Positions 1-10,744 of a stretch of DNA of 53,741 nucleotides are shown piece after piece. The position numbers were made by a program, and so were the translations under genes. The stretch spans positions 1 to 53,741 of the forward strand of contig NW_021831742.1 of assembly GCF_006345805.1 (NCBI RefSeq), given 5' to 3'. The number at the start of each line of letters is the position of its first letter. The stretch's first letter is position 1. Origin of the DNA: Octopus sinensis (taxonomy: Eukaryota). The notes under the pieces were generated by a model. It was not told the DNA's origin. It did not search any database and worked only from the letters and a program-made list of their open reading frames with translations.

Positions 1-456
1 TCATGAATGTCTACCGTGTATGTATATGAGTGTGTGTGTGTCTATGTATAAGTTATACATGTGTGCATATGCATGCGATGTATTGTGTGCATGGACGTAC
101 GAGTGTGAATGTGTAAGCATATCTGTGTGTGTGTGTTTGCATATTCGTGTTTGTGTGGTTGTTGTGTGTTTGTGTATAGGTGTACCATTGGATGGATGTA
201 TATGTTTCTCTGGAGAAGCTATTGTATTGATAATACCCACAAGAAGAAGTGTATGAGTGAGTATGCTTTTGAATGCGTGCTGTGTGTATGTATGACGTGA
301 GTAGTGTGTATGCGTACGAGTGTGTGTGTGTGTGTGGTGTGTGTCTGCTTTGTGTAAACATGTGTGTGTATGTGTGTGTGTTATACATTAGTATGTGTGA
401 GTATGTGTGTGAGTATGCATATAGACATGTGTGTGTATGTGTGTGTATGTGCGTGT

Positions 457-498
<42 letters not shown>

Positions 499-965
499 CT
501 GCGTGTGTACAATAATGCCAAAAGACATGTGTCTACTGTGTGATTGCCGCAGCTGATTTTGAAGTAAGTACAAACATGTATGAGTTTCAACATAAGGAGG
601 TTGTACGAGAGAGGAGAGAGAGAGAGAGAGATAGTGTGTGTGTGTGTGTATATAGAGAGAAGACGGAGAGAAAAGATGAAGGCAAAGAGAGGGGGGAAGA
701 CAGAAAGGGAGAGAGAAAGGATGAAGACAAAATGAAAGGAGATGATGAAGAAGCAGAATAAGGAATAAATTGAAGAGAAGGAAGAGGAGGAGGAAGAAGA
801 GGAGAAGGAGGAGGAGACGAAGAAGAAGAAGAAGAAGAAGGAAAGCAAGAAGACAAAGAAACTAATGATGATGGAGATGACAATGATGATGTGTGTGATG
901 ATAATTATGGTGATGACGATGAAGATGGTGTTGTTGGGGGTGATGACGACGACGAGGAAGAGGAG
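1..965. repeat. Mixed (GT)n/(TGTA)n, (GA)n, (GAA/GAG)n, (GAT)n low-complexity block
   Basis: Direct inspection; ORFs here are C/V, E/R or M/D homopolymer-like translations. Confidence 0.95.
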
Positions 966-1684
966 GAAGCGGAAGAGGAGAAAGAAAAGCAATCAAATTA
1001 GAATTAGAGCCATTGACAAACGATTTTCGTTGATAATCGTTGATACGCATTCGGACCATCTTCCATCGAATATTGTTTCGTTTCTCATCTTCAGCAACGA
1101 TTGATTTGACCAAGAGCCAACATACAAACCCAATAGCTTTTTGGCCACTATATCTACAGTCTAATAAAAATGTACATGACTATGTCTAACTCTGACAAAA
1201 AGAAAAGAAAAAATTAATAACGTACTTGTGTAGGCTGTAACTATGGCCAATATAGAGAATTAGTGTATAAGCAATTTGTGTATGGATAACACACTAAACT
1301 TGCAACCTATGTGCGCTATGTTAAGGGCCAAATCTAACTTTATATGAATTCTAAGACAATTGCCAGTTGTTTTACTCGGGGCTTGTACTTAACGGCCGAT
1401 ACACAGCACTAGCTGTAGATGGGCGCAAGTATGGTTATCTATTTAATCCCACTTAGATCTACGTGATTTGAGTTTTCCAACTACAGACCCGATTCGACGG
1501 AAAACCTTAGTGGGTGCTCGTTGGAGAGGGTCTTATTATTCTTGCTTGATAATTCTAATCAGTTGGTCCAGTTGGTCTCCATCATCTAGCCATTAAAACC
1601 TTTAGCTGAGTCCACTCTGTGACAAGCATTTGAGCCATGCTAACAATCGATATAATGTCTCTGATATTGCTAGGTATTTTTAGT

Positions 1685-1870
1685 ACACCAGGCAAAATTC
1701 TCTGCGGCATTTCGTCCGTCCTTACGTTCTAAGTTCAAATTCCGCTGAGATCGACTTTACTTTTCATTATTTCGGCATTGATAAAATAAGTACCAGTTGA
1801 ACACTGTGGATCGATGCAATCAACTTAACACGTTTCCCGAAATTTCTGGCCTTGTGCCAAAATTTGAAAC
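1685..1870 (+). mobile_element. Degenerate C-family SINE (alternative tail ending ccttgtgccaaaatttgaaac)
   Basis: Diverged match to the C body (gttcaaattccgc..gatcgacttt..cat..ttcgg..gataaaataagtaccagtt) seen intact at 34557. Confidence 0.7.
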
Positions 1871-1899
1871 AGTAGTTAGGTAACTTGAGGGATTCTCAC

Positions 1900-2280
1900 A
1901 AGAAAAAGGAATATAGTTATAAGTGTTCGTTTCCAAAATGGATGCGGACAAATTTTATCTTGTTTTGCTTTGTCGGTTTGTTTTTCTCCTCATCCATTGC
2001 ATTACAGCGTGACAACAAGTTTTATTCCGACACCTACACCAGTGTTAACTTTCCAACGTTTAGAATCGTCTGTGAACATTGGAATTTTGCTATGTCGGAA
2101 GGCATCTGTGGTGTCGTTTATGCATATTATATGTAGAAGTAGGGCCCAAGTTAGTCTCTTGTGGGGAACTTCTCATGACTTGTTGACTCAATCGATCGAA
2201 AGAGTTTGACTTCAACTGGGAAATGTGCGTGGGAGAAGGATGAACTACATCCCGCAAGAACCACACACAATCTTATGCGT
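1900..2280 (-). pseudogene. Decayed CR1/L2-type reverse transcriptase fragment
   Basis: Minus-strand translation across frameshifts: SPQETNLGP / LLLHIICINDTTDAFRHSKIPMFTDDSK / KFVRIHFGNE, matching the GVPQGSVLGPLLFxIYIND...MFADDTK...KCKVMHFG motifs of CR1-clade RTs. Confidence 0.65.
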
Positions 2281-2369
2281 ATTTACGTGCATATTTATGT
2301 ATGTATATGTGCACACACACATACACGCACACGCACACACACGCACACATATATATATAACGTAATGGA

Positions 2370-2663
2370 CGTCGCCTTTTTCAAGCCAAGCCATGCTCAT
2401 GGGCCCGTTTTCCTCGTTTCTGTGGCGTATATGTTCCCTCCAGCTGGACGGGACGCCAGTCCATCGCAGCGTTACTCAAGAAACAGGAAGAGAGAGTGAG
2501 AGAAAGTTGTGGCGAAAGAGTACACCAGGGGTCGCCACCTCGCACCCCCCTGGAGCTTTTAGGTATTTTCGCTCAATAATCACACGCAACGCCCGGTCTG
2601 GGAATCGAAACCGCGATCCTCTGACCGCGAGTCAACTGCCCTTACCACTGGGCCATTGCACCT

Positions 2664-2666
<3 letters not shown>
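2370..2666 (-). mobile_element. SINE with A-family tRNA(Arg)-like head and a different (V-domain-like) 3' half
   Basis: Head and body match 11371/37043 up to cttcctgtttct, then gcgatggactggcgtcccgtccag...ggcccatgagcatggcttggcttgaaaaaggcg instead of the A tail. Confidence 0.75.
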
Positions 2667-2726
<60 letters not shown>

Positions 2727-3201
2727 CATACATACATACATACATATGTACATGCATACATACATGCAATACATGACATGGAACTGACAATATCAGATGT
2801 ACAGCGTAGAGGAATCTTTAAAATTACTTTTTGAATGTTTTCTTCTACTATTATTCCGAGTCATCCAGTCAAATTCTGTATGCAGTTTATTTCTTCAGTT
2901 GTAAATGTGAGTAACATCTTTTACTTACCAACGTAGCGTTATTCAAACCGCATCATAAAATATATCTTACCAATAAGATAGCAATAAGAACTACGGCACC
3001 TGCAAGTTATTTAAGACGACGTAAGGACACATACATTACAAATGCAATATGTAAGCGGAAATTTGCAAGTAAAAATATGAAAGACTTTTCAAAATTGTGA
3101 CATTTTCGTTACATACAATGCAGCTTTGTACCTTTGTTAGAAACCAACTCTTTCTTTACAGGAAGACTACAAATAATTAAAAGCAGAAAAGAACATACAT
3201 A

Positions 3202-3420
3202 TACTCTTTTACTTATTTCAGTCATTTGACTGCGGTCTTGCTGGAGCACCGCCCTTTTAGTCGAGCAAATCGACCCCAGGACTTATTCATTGTAAGCCTA
3301 GTACTTATTCTATCGGTTACTTTTGCCGAACCGCTAAGTTACGGGGACGTAAACATACCAACATCGGTTGTCAAGTGATGTTGGGGGGACAAAACAGACC
3401 CACAAGCATAAACACACAAC

Positions 3421-3465
<45 letters not shown>

Positions 3466-3561
3466 ATATCTATATATATATATGTATGTATGTATATATA
3501 TATATATATATGTATATATAGTGTATATATATGTATATATATGTATATATATATGTATATA

Positions 3562-3637
<76 letters not shown>

Positions 3638-3798
3638 GACGGGCTTCTTTCAGTTTCTGTCTACCAAATCCACTCACAAGGATTGGTCGGCCCGAGGCTA
3701 TACTAGAAAGCCCTTGCCGAAGGTGCCACGCAGTGGGACTGATCCCGGAACCATGTGGTTGGTAAGCAAGCTACTTACCACACAGCCACACTTGCGCC
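3202..3798 (-). mobile_element. B-family SINE, full length, with ~230 bp internal (TA)n
   Basis: Reverse complement of the B consensus seen at 32452-32859; A-box tggctgtgtgg, tRNA-like B-box region, tail ...aaaagagta. Confidence 0.92.
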
Positions 3799-4029
3799 TG
3801 TTATATAGACAAAAACATACATATATACACAAAAACATACATACATAATACATATATACATACATACATACATACATACATACATACATACATACATACA
3901 TACATACACACATACATGCATACAACTCCACGCGCGTCTGTGTAGGTGTATATATATATATGCGTTTAAGAACGTATGAATGCATTTTCTTGATAGGGAG
4001 AGGAAGAGAGCGGGGACAGAGACAAAGAG

Positions 4030-4078
<49 letters not shown>

Positions 4079-4776
4079 TATAGTGGAAAATTAGAAAAAA
4101 GAACATTCTATATGCCTTTTTATACAGCCTACTTAATTCCTACCATAATTGCTCGATCGCTGAATATTAACTTTCCTTGAAGTATCTGCATTGGCTATCT
4201 GTGTTTTTAGCCCAAATTCTGCCGAATTCAGATTTATCATTAATTTTTCTAGGACGATAAATAAAATCATGGACCCGGTAAATAAAATCATGGACTTCTC
4301 TGTCCCATTCAGTTGCCATTTCTCCATGGTTTACACCTGCAATTCAAAGGTCTCATTGTGTCTTCAAAAATGTACGTTACCAAAACATAATGTCATTAGA
4401 ATACTCATCTGTTTAAATCTTAATTCCCCGCTTAGATACTTTCACGAGTAGTTGCCCAATGACTGATTGCATATTGTCGTTCGCGACGAAGAACAGTTAC
4501 TAAACTTTTCTCTCAGGTGTCACTAAAATAAGCAAAGCATGTTTGGGGAATCGATTTAGGCAACAGTATGCACACAAATATGTAGAATTTTACTAAAGTA
4601 ATAAATCACTGTACAATATCCAATATATCCACTATATATATTTATACATACACACACACACACGTATATACACACACACACACACACACGTATACACACA
4701 CACAACACACATATATTATTCATATATCTATATCATATATATATATATATAATATATATAATATATATGTATGTAT

Positions 4777-4807
<31 letters not shown>

Positions 4808-4892
4808 GTATAATATATATATATATATATATATATAAATATATGTATGTATATATATAATATATATTATATATATATATAATATATATATA

Positions 4893-4940
<48 letters not shown>

Positions 4941-4970
4941 TTATATATTTATATAATATATATATATATA

Positions 4971-5118
4971 GTTGAAATTTACAGAAAAACGAAAGACGAA
5001 GACAGGTCTATAAACAACAAGTGAGTGCACTAGTTTGACGCTCGGGAAAGTGGGAAAGTGAGAGAGTCTTTTACATTTCGAGCCTACGCTCTTCAACAGA
5101 AAGGAATAAAAGAAAACA

Positions 5119-5150
<32 letters not shown>

Positions 5151-5210
5151 AAGAGAGAGAATAAACAGAGAACACATACGCACATATGCATGCATATAAC
5201 GTTGGTTGAG
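4971..5210 (-). mobile_element. Probable Penelope-like element terminal remnant between (TA)n tracts
   Basis: Carries a minimal hammerhead-like motif of the kind known from Penelope pseudo-LTRs; family assignment is inference. Confidence 0.45.
5068..5103 (-). ncRNA. Degenerate minimal type I hammerhead ribozyme-like motif
   Basis: Minus strand CTTT-CTGTTGA-A-GAGC-GTAG-GCTC-GAAA-T-GTA-AAAG: helix I CUUU/AAAG, helix II GAGC/GCUC, GAAA, GUA site; core has U at A6. Confidence 0.45.
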
Positions 5211-5496
5211 TGTTGATATATATATATATATCTATATATGCCAAGAAAGCAGTGTGCACTGAAACTTGTTTTTGGAATGCTATGCCTATTTACTGGTTGG
5301 TATATTTCAAATTTAAATCTTTACAACGTCATAACTCACCGTTGTCAACCGATGTTGGTTATGAATCTGTTTTACATCATAAATATCAATAGCAAAATAT
5401 GAAAACATGAAAATGAATATATATATATATACATATGTATGAATAGATGGATATGTATACATGTATGTATGTTTAAATATATTATGTAGAATATTA

Positions 5497-5535
<39 letters not shown>

Positions 5536-5854
5536 TATTATATATATATGCTATGTGTGTGTGTATGCACACGTATATATATATATACATGAAAATACTT
5601 ATGTATTCGTGTTGTGTAAGTGTGAGTGAGTGTATAGTGAGGCAGCTATGTGCATGTGTATGCTTGCACATGTGTATAATATAAATATGAGAAAAATATT
5701 TATTTTAAGAGCACTTCTGGTTAAATTATATCTCATTTTAATACTTATTTTTTTTCATAAGTTATTGAAATATACATTAATATCACACATTAAACCACAC
5801 ATACACACATACATATATACACACATATTTACAATGTAGTTAACTAAAGTTTGA

Positions 5855-5902
<48 letters not shown>

Positions 5903-5975
5903 ATATGTATATATATGTATATATATGTATATATATATGTATATATATGTTATATATGTATATATATATATATAT

Positions 5976-6011
<36 letters not shown>

Positions 6012-6079
6012 ATATATATATATATAATATATATATATGTATTATATGTATATATATGTATATATATGTGTATATTATA

Positions 6080-6143
<64 letters not shown>

Positions 6144-6610
6144 GCTTGTGTGTGTGTATGTGTGGTGCGTGTGTGTAACTACGTATATAAAACCCATTAA
6201 CGTCAATTACATTTTGTCTGTGAGTCTGAGATTCCACACTTCAAAACTACCAATTCCACATACGAGCAACTTTCGCGAATATACCAACCGTTATATACTT
6301 ATTCTTTCTTCTTTATTACCTGCATTCGACATTTAGTTTTTTTTTAAAGTTTTTTGTTTTTTTCGTGGTTTCTTGGAGATCTTTCGATTTGCTTCTAAAT
6401 TTCAAAACCCGTTTTTCAATTTTAAACAAATGTTTGCAGATATTCCGTTTACAACTGCCACATTTACAGAAAGTAATAAATGTGTGTCACAAACTTTTTG
6501 GAAAAGGCGTGAAATTAAATGATTTCGAATCATAAGAAGTAAAATATATACATATATATATAATAATAATAATATTAACAACAATAACGACAAAAACAAC
6601 AACAACAACA

Positions 6611-6664
<54 letters not shown>

Positions 6665-7060
6665 TAATAATAATAATGATAACAAAATCTTAAGAGTAAC
6701 ACTAATAATGATAATAATAAGGAGCATGATGTATATACATTTGAATTATATAAAAACATAGACCGAACAAAAACTGGCCTGACTATTTCAATCATAACTT
6801 TTAAATTGGAATTCGAAAGAAATTTTTAATCCCATGTCTTCGATGTTAAACCGTTCCTGTTATTTTTTCTTCATGTATTAGACGTGTGTGTGTGTGTATG
6901 CGTCTGTATAATTCATCACTTGGTGTCCTCGAAATTTTGCACTATATATATAATATATAATATATAATTTAATATAATATAATATAATATAATATAATAT
7001 AATATAATAATATAGTATAATATAATAAATATAATATAATATAGTATAATATATAATATA

Positions 7061-7118
<58 letters not shown>

Positions 7119-7500
7119 GTGTACATTTAATCACAAGAGAACAACCTTTAACAGGTAATTATATATATATATATAGATATTGAGTAGCGGTACAACAAAG
7201 CACCAATGTTTACTAGAAATAGCAGTCAATACATTTACGACACTATAGTAAAGCTTCTATGTGTATATACTAGCAAAGACGCGTGAGGGCAGCAAACAGA
7301 AATATTTTTCTCATCTCCAGGAAGAACATTATATAAATGGATAACCCAGAATCGGATAATCCAGTACCTAGGTTTCGGACTCTTCAAATACGTTTGTCAT
7401 CGTAAATTTGATTAGTCTTCATCAGCTGCATTTACCTGGACAATATTTCAAATGTTGCTACATCAATGCCAGTATACTCGCCTGAACACAAGGACATACA

Positions 7501-7577
7501 CACACACCTGCGCGCACACACCTGCGCGCACACACACCTGCGCGCACACACCTGCGCACACACACCTGCGCACACAC
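7501..7577. repeat. CpG-rich minisatellite (CACACACCTGCGCG-like) x5
   Basis: Five CACCTGCGC units separated by CA repeats. Confidence 0.9.
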
Positions 7578-7658
7578 AAACGTGCCAACCGGTGTCGGTG
7601 TATTTACAAGAGCCCGATCGAATATGTACCATAATGATGATTCTTATTTAAATTCCAC

Positions 7659-7787
<129 letters not shown>

Positions 7788-7921
7788 GTTACAGGAACGT
7801 AAACAAAAATACTGGTCGTCAAAATGTGATGGGAAAAACACACACAGGAAGACACGCACACACACATGCGTACACGTACACACGTACGCACGCACACACA
7901 CATACACACGCACACATATTT

Positions 7922-8056
7922 ATATACGACGAGCTTCTTTCAGTTTCTGTTTACCAAATCGATTCACAAGGCTTTGGCCGGTCCGAAGCTATAGTAGAAG
8001 ACACTTGCACAACGTGCCACGCGATAGCTGGAAAGCGAACTTCTTACCACACAGCA
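7922..8056 (-). mobile_element. B-family SINE 5' half, degenerate
   Basis: cgacgagcttctttcagtttc...gctatagtagaagacacttgc...cttaccacacagc. Confidence 0.8.
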
Positions 8057-8719
8057 ACGGATTTGTCTATATTAATTCAATATTCTCAGATAAAACTAGC
8101 GTACCCGTCGTGCCTACTTGGATTACCTCAAGACTAAAAATAAAAGGCCCGGAAGGGACGAAGCTGTCAGCCACGACTCATGCGTAAAGCGCAACAGCCC
8201 TTAACGGAAGTCGTGAAACGCATACAAGGAGCCCGACTGACAGGATTTTTCCTCATTTCCCTCTTGAGCAGTTAGCTATCCAACTGCCCATAGCTAGAGC
8301 TGCTAGCCCTCTTTCTTTGCTTCAGCGCCCTACACGTTGTGCCGCGATGCCTCTCTCACTGTAGGTAATTCGTGACGATATATTCACTCGCTCGGTTTTT
8401 GCTTATACGGTATATGCCAGAATGTCATTATATCTTGCAACGCATCTCCAACAAAATAAGAATTTTTACGGTTATATTTAGTGAGTGTTCATTCCTCATT
8501 TACACGCAGCCCACACGTAATCAGCACATCGCCAACCTAATAATAAAAACACCCATATTCTCACAAAAATACTGAATGAATATCGAAGAAACGAAACTCG
8601 AGGAAGTTGTACAAATTCAACACTTTTATTATAAAGTTTCATTGGACTCTCTCTTTCTTTCTCTCTCTCCCCCCTCTCCTCCATCTCTCTCTATCTCTCT
8701 CTTGTGTCATGGCATATTC

Positions 8720-8960
8720 ATATCTTTGATGAATCATGGCTTGTTCCTCCGTTTATTTCTGTCTCTCGCAACATCATCCAGGTCTTTCTTGCTCTGCAAG
8801 TTCAATTTCTGCTTCATCTAGTCATCCTCTGCCTTCCTCCCGCTCTCCTTCTCACCAGCTCAGTCTCCACCATGTCCATGTCGAGACTGATGTTGTTGAT
8901 GAAGTAGTATGATAACGATCGGGTATCTCCCGCAGCGAACGAGACCTCGTTTCCGGTATC
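8720..8960 (-). pseudogene. Decayed RTE/BovB-like LINE ORF 3' end
   Basis: Minus translation RSLSYYFINNISLDMDMVETELVRRRAGGRQRMT then (other frame) MKQKLNLQSKKDLDDVARDRNKRRNK; resembles the RTE C-terminal LxYFGH...GRRxRGRQRM...ARDRxxWR motif. Confidence 0.45.
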
Positions 8961-8984
8961 TTTCACGTTGTTATTCATTTTCTT

Positions 8985-9561
8985 ATTTCTTTACACAGAG
9001 GGCACAAACAAGGACAGACAAACGGATTAAGTCGACTATATAGACCCCAGTGCGTAACTGGTACTTATTTAATCGACCCCGAAAGGATGAAAGGCAAAGT
9101 CGACCTCGGCGGAATTTGAACTCAGAACGTAGCCGCAGACGAAATACCTATTTCTTTACAACCCACAAGGGGCTAAACACAGAGAAGACAAACAAGGACA
9201 GACAAACGGATTAAGTCGATTATATCGACCCCAGTGCGTAACTGGTACTTATTTAATCGACCCCGAAAGGATGAAAGGCAAAGTCGACCTCGGCGGAATT
9301 TGAACTCAGAACGTAGCCGCAGACGAAATACCTATTTCTTTACAACCCACAAGGGGCTAAACAGAGAAGACAAACAAGGACAGACAAACGGATTAAGTCG
9401 ATTATATCGACCCCAGTGCGTAACTGGTACTTATTTAATCGACCCAGAAAGGATGAAAGGCAAAGTCGACCTCGGCAGAATCTGAACTCAGAACGTAACG
9501 GCAGACGAAATACGGCTATGCATTTCGCCCGGCGTGCTAACGTTTCTGCCAACTTGCCATC
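8985..9561 (-). mobile_element. C-family SINE trimer (one head + 3 bodies) with 14 bp TSD
   Basis: 184 bp period (junctions at 9141 and 9325); TSD ttattcattttctt at 8971-8984 and 9562-9575. Confidence 0.92.
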
Positions 9562-10334
9562 TTATTCATTTTCTTGTTGGCAGACATTCCATGATCCATC
9601 AAATTTGGAGGTGGTCTAATGAATGGGGCCTGTGTCTGAACGTGTCAAAGTGCTGTCATCTGCCTGTTGGCTCTCCTCCTGCAACTCAACTTGATTTCGA
9701 GCCAGGTCGTCTGCTGCTGGACAGGACCGATCAGGTAAAGGACCTGGGTATCTTGGTAGATTCCTCCTTTTTGCCTTCGGCCCAGTACGTCCATGCTGCC
9801 AACAAAACACGCGGAATTCTGTTCTTGATTCGACGGTCATTCGGAATGCTCACAGCAGCCATATTCCCACCACTCTATGTCACGCTGGTGAGACCCATAT
9901 TGGAGTACGGGATTCAAGCCTCTTCTCCTTATCTCCTCAAAGACATACAGCATCTCGAAAGAGTCCAGAAGCTGGCTACCCGCATGGTTCATGGTCTCAA
10001 AAATTTGTCCTATGAAGAAAGGCTGAGGACGCTCGACCTTTATTCTCTAGAAAAACGCCGCCGCCGTGGTGATCTCATTCTCGCCCACAACATCATAAGC
10101 GGAAAGTGTAACCTCTCGAAAGAGCTGTTCTTCACTCCTGCTCCAGAGCGTCGGCTGCGGGGTCATTCCGAAAAGCTCTACCTGCGACGATTTCATCTCA
10201 ATCGAAGGAGAGGAGCTTTCTCCGTCCGGGTTGCGGATCCGTGGAACAAGCTGCCAGACGAGATGGTGAAGATGCCGACGACCGCTTTGTTCAAAGCCTC
10301 CCTTGACCTCAAGTGGCCTGAACTCTTTACATAA
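9534..10334 (+). CDS. CR1-type ORF2 C-terminal fragment (post-RT/thumb region); homology starts ~9597, upstream codons come from the SINE/flank
   Basis: Motifs WxxEWGLCLNVSKC, VKDLGILVD, LYVTLVRPILEY, LERVQKLATRM, LSYEERLRTLDL, SLEKRRRRGDLI, LRGHSEKL, FSVRVADPWNKLP. Confidence 0.85.
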   Translation: MLTFLPTCHLIHFLVGRHSMIHQIWRWSNEWGLCLNVSKCCHLPVGSPPATQLDFEPGRLLLDRTDQVKDLGILVDSSFLPSAQYVHAANKTRGILFLIRRSFGMLTAAIFPPLYVTLVRPILEYGIQASSPYLLKDIQHLERVQKLATRMVHGLKNLSYEERLRTLDLYSLEKRRRRGDLILAHNIISGKCNLSKELFFTPAPERRLRGHSEKLYLRRFHLNRRRGAFSVRVADPWNKLPDEMVKMPTTALFKASLDLKWPELFT

Positions 10335-10416
10335 ACACCACCCTGTACTTAACTCCATGTCCCCCTACATGGCCTTGCTATATGCTTTTGAGCCAAAATT
10401 AACTAACTAACTAACT
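9590..10416 (+). mobile_element. Young 5'-truncated CR1-clade LINE
   Basis: Uninterrupted ORF2 C-terminus; 3' UTR stem-loop ccatgt-ccccct-acatgg (10356-10373); (AACT)n tail at ~10399-10416. Confidence 0.92.
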
Positions 10417-10744
10417 ATACAAGGCAAAATATAAGGGGTGGGTTGCCATGGCGCTTAACATAGTGAGCACCTATCGTTGTCCAGGTATGGCTCATCCGTA
10501 TAGCTGCAGTGGTCTTCAAACCGTTGGTCTACCTGAGACTCTTCAGCCTCGTTGGCCATCCAGCGCCATACTGCCGACGTCTTCGCCGTTACCCTGACTC
10601 TGGAGGCTAGCAGATACTACACCTTGCCCAGGGGTGACCTGCAGGCTATCGGACATCGATTGAAAAATATAACATGACGAAAAACTTTAACGCAAGAAAA
10701 TTTGCATTTTAGCAAATAATTGAAACAAAAAAATGAATTACGTA

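Noticed and set aside
2890-3010. Micro-exon candidates (plus 8 nt at ~2899; minus 29 nt at 2971-2999; also 7 nt at ~8127 and 9 nt at ~36601)
   Set aside because: Such AG...GT pairs are expected by chance in AT-rich DNA; a similarly strong pair at ~47360-47446 has stops in all three frames.
6318-6490. Minus-strand CKCGSCKRNICKH as a piggyBac cysteine-rich tail or an exon
   Set aside because: Short, preceded by a stop, followed by A-run-derived lysines; no transposase or TTAA-bounded TIR seen.
9149-9332. Hammerhead ribozyme in the C unit (retrozyme hypothesis)
   Set aside because: No CUGANGA...GAAA core on either strand by eye; cagacgaaa is the nearest and lacks the required U and helix II.
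8985-9561. Regular repeats as a CRISPR array
   Set aside because: Units are contiguous 184 bp SINE bodies without unique spacers; eukaryotic context and no cas genes.
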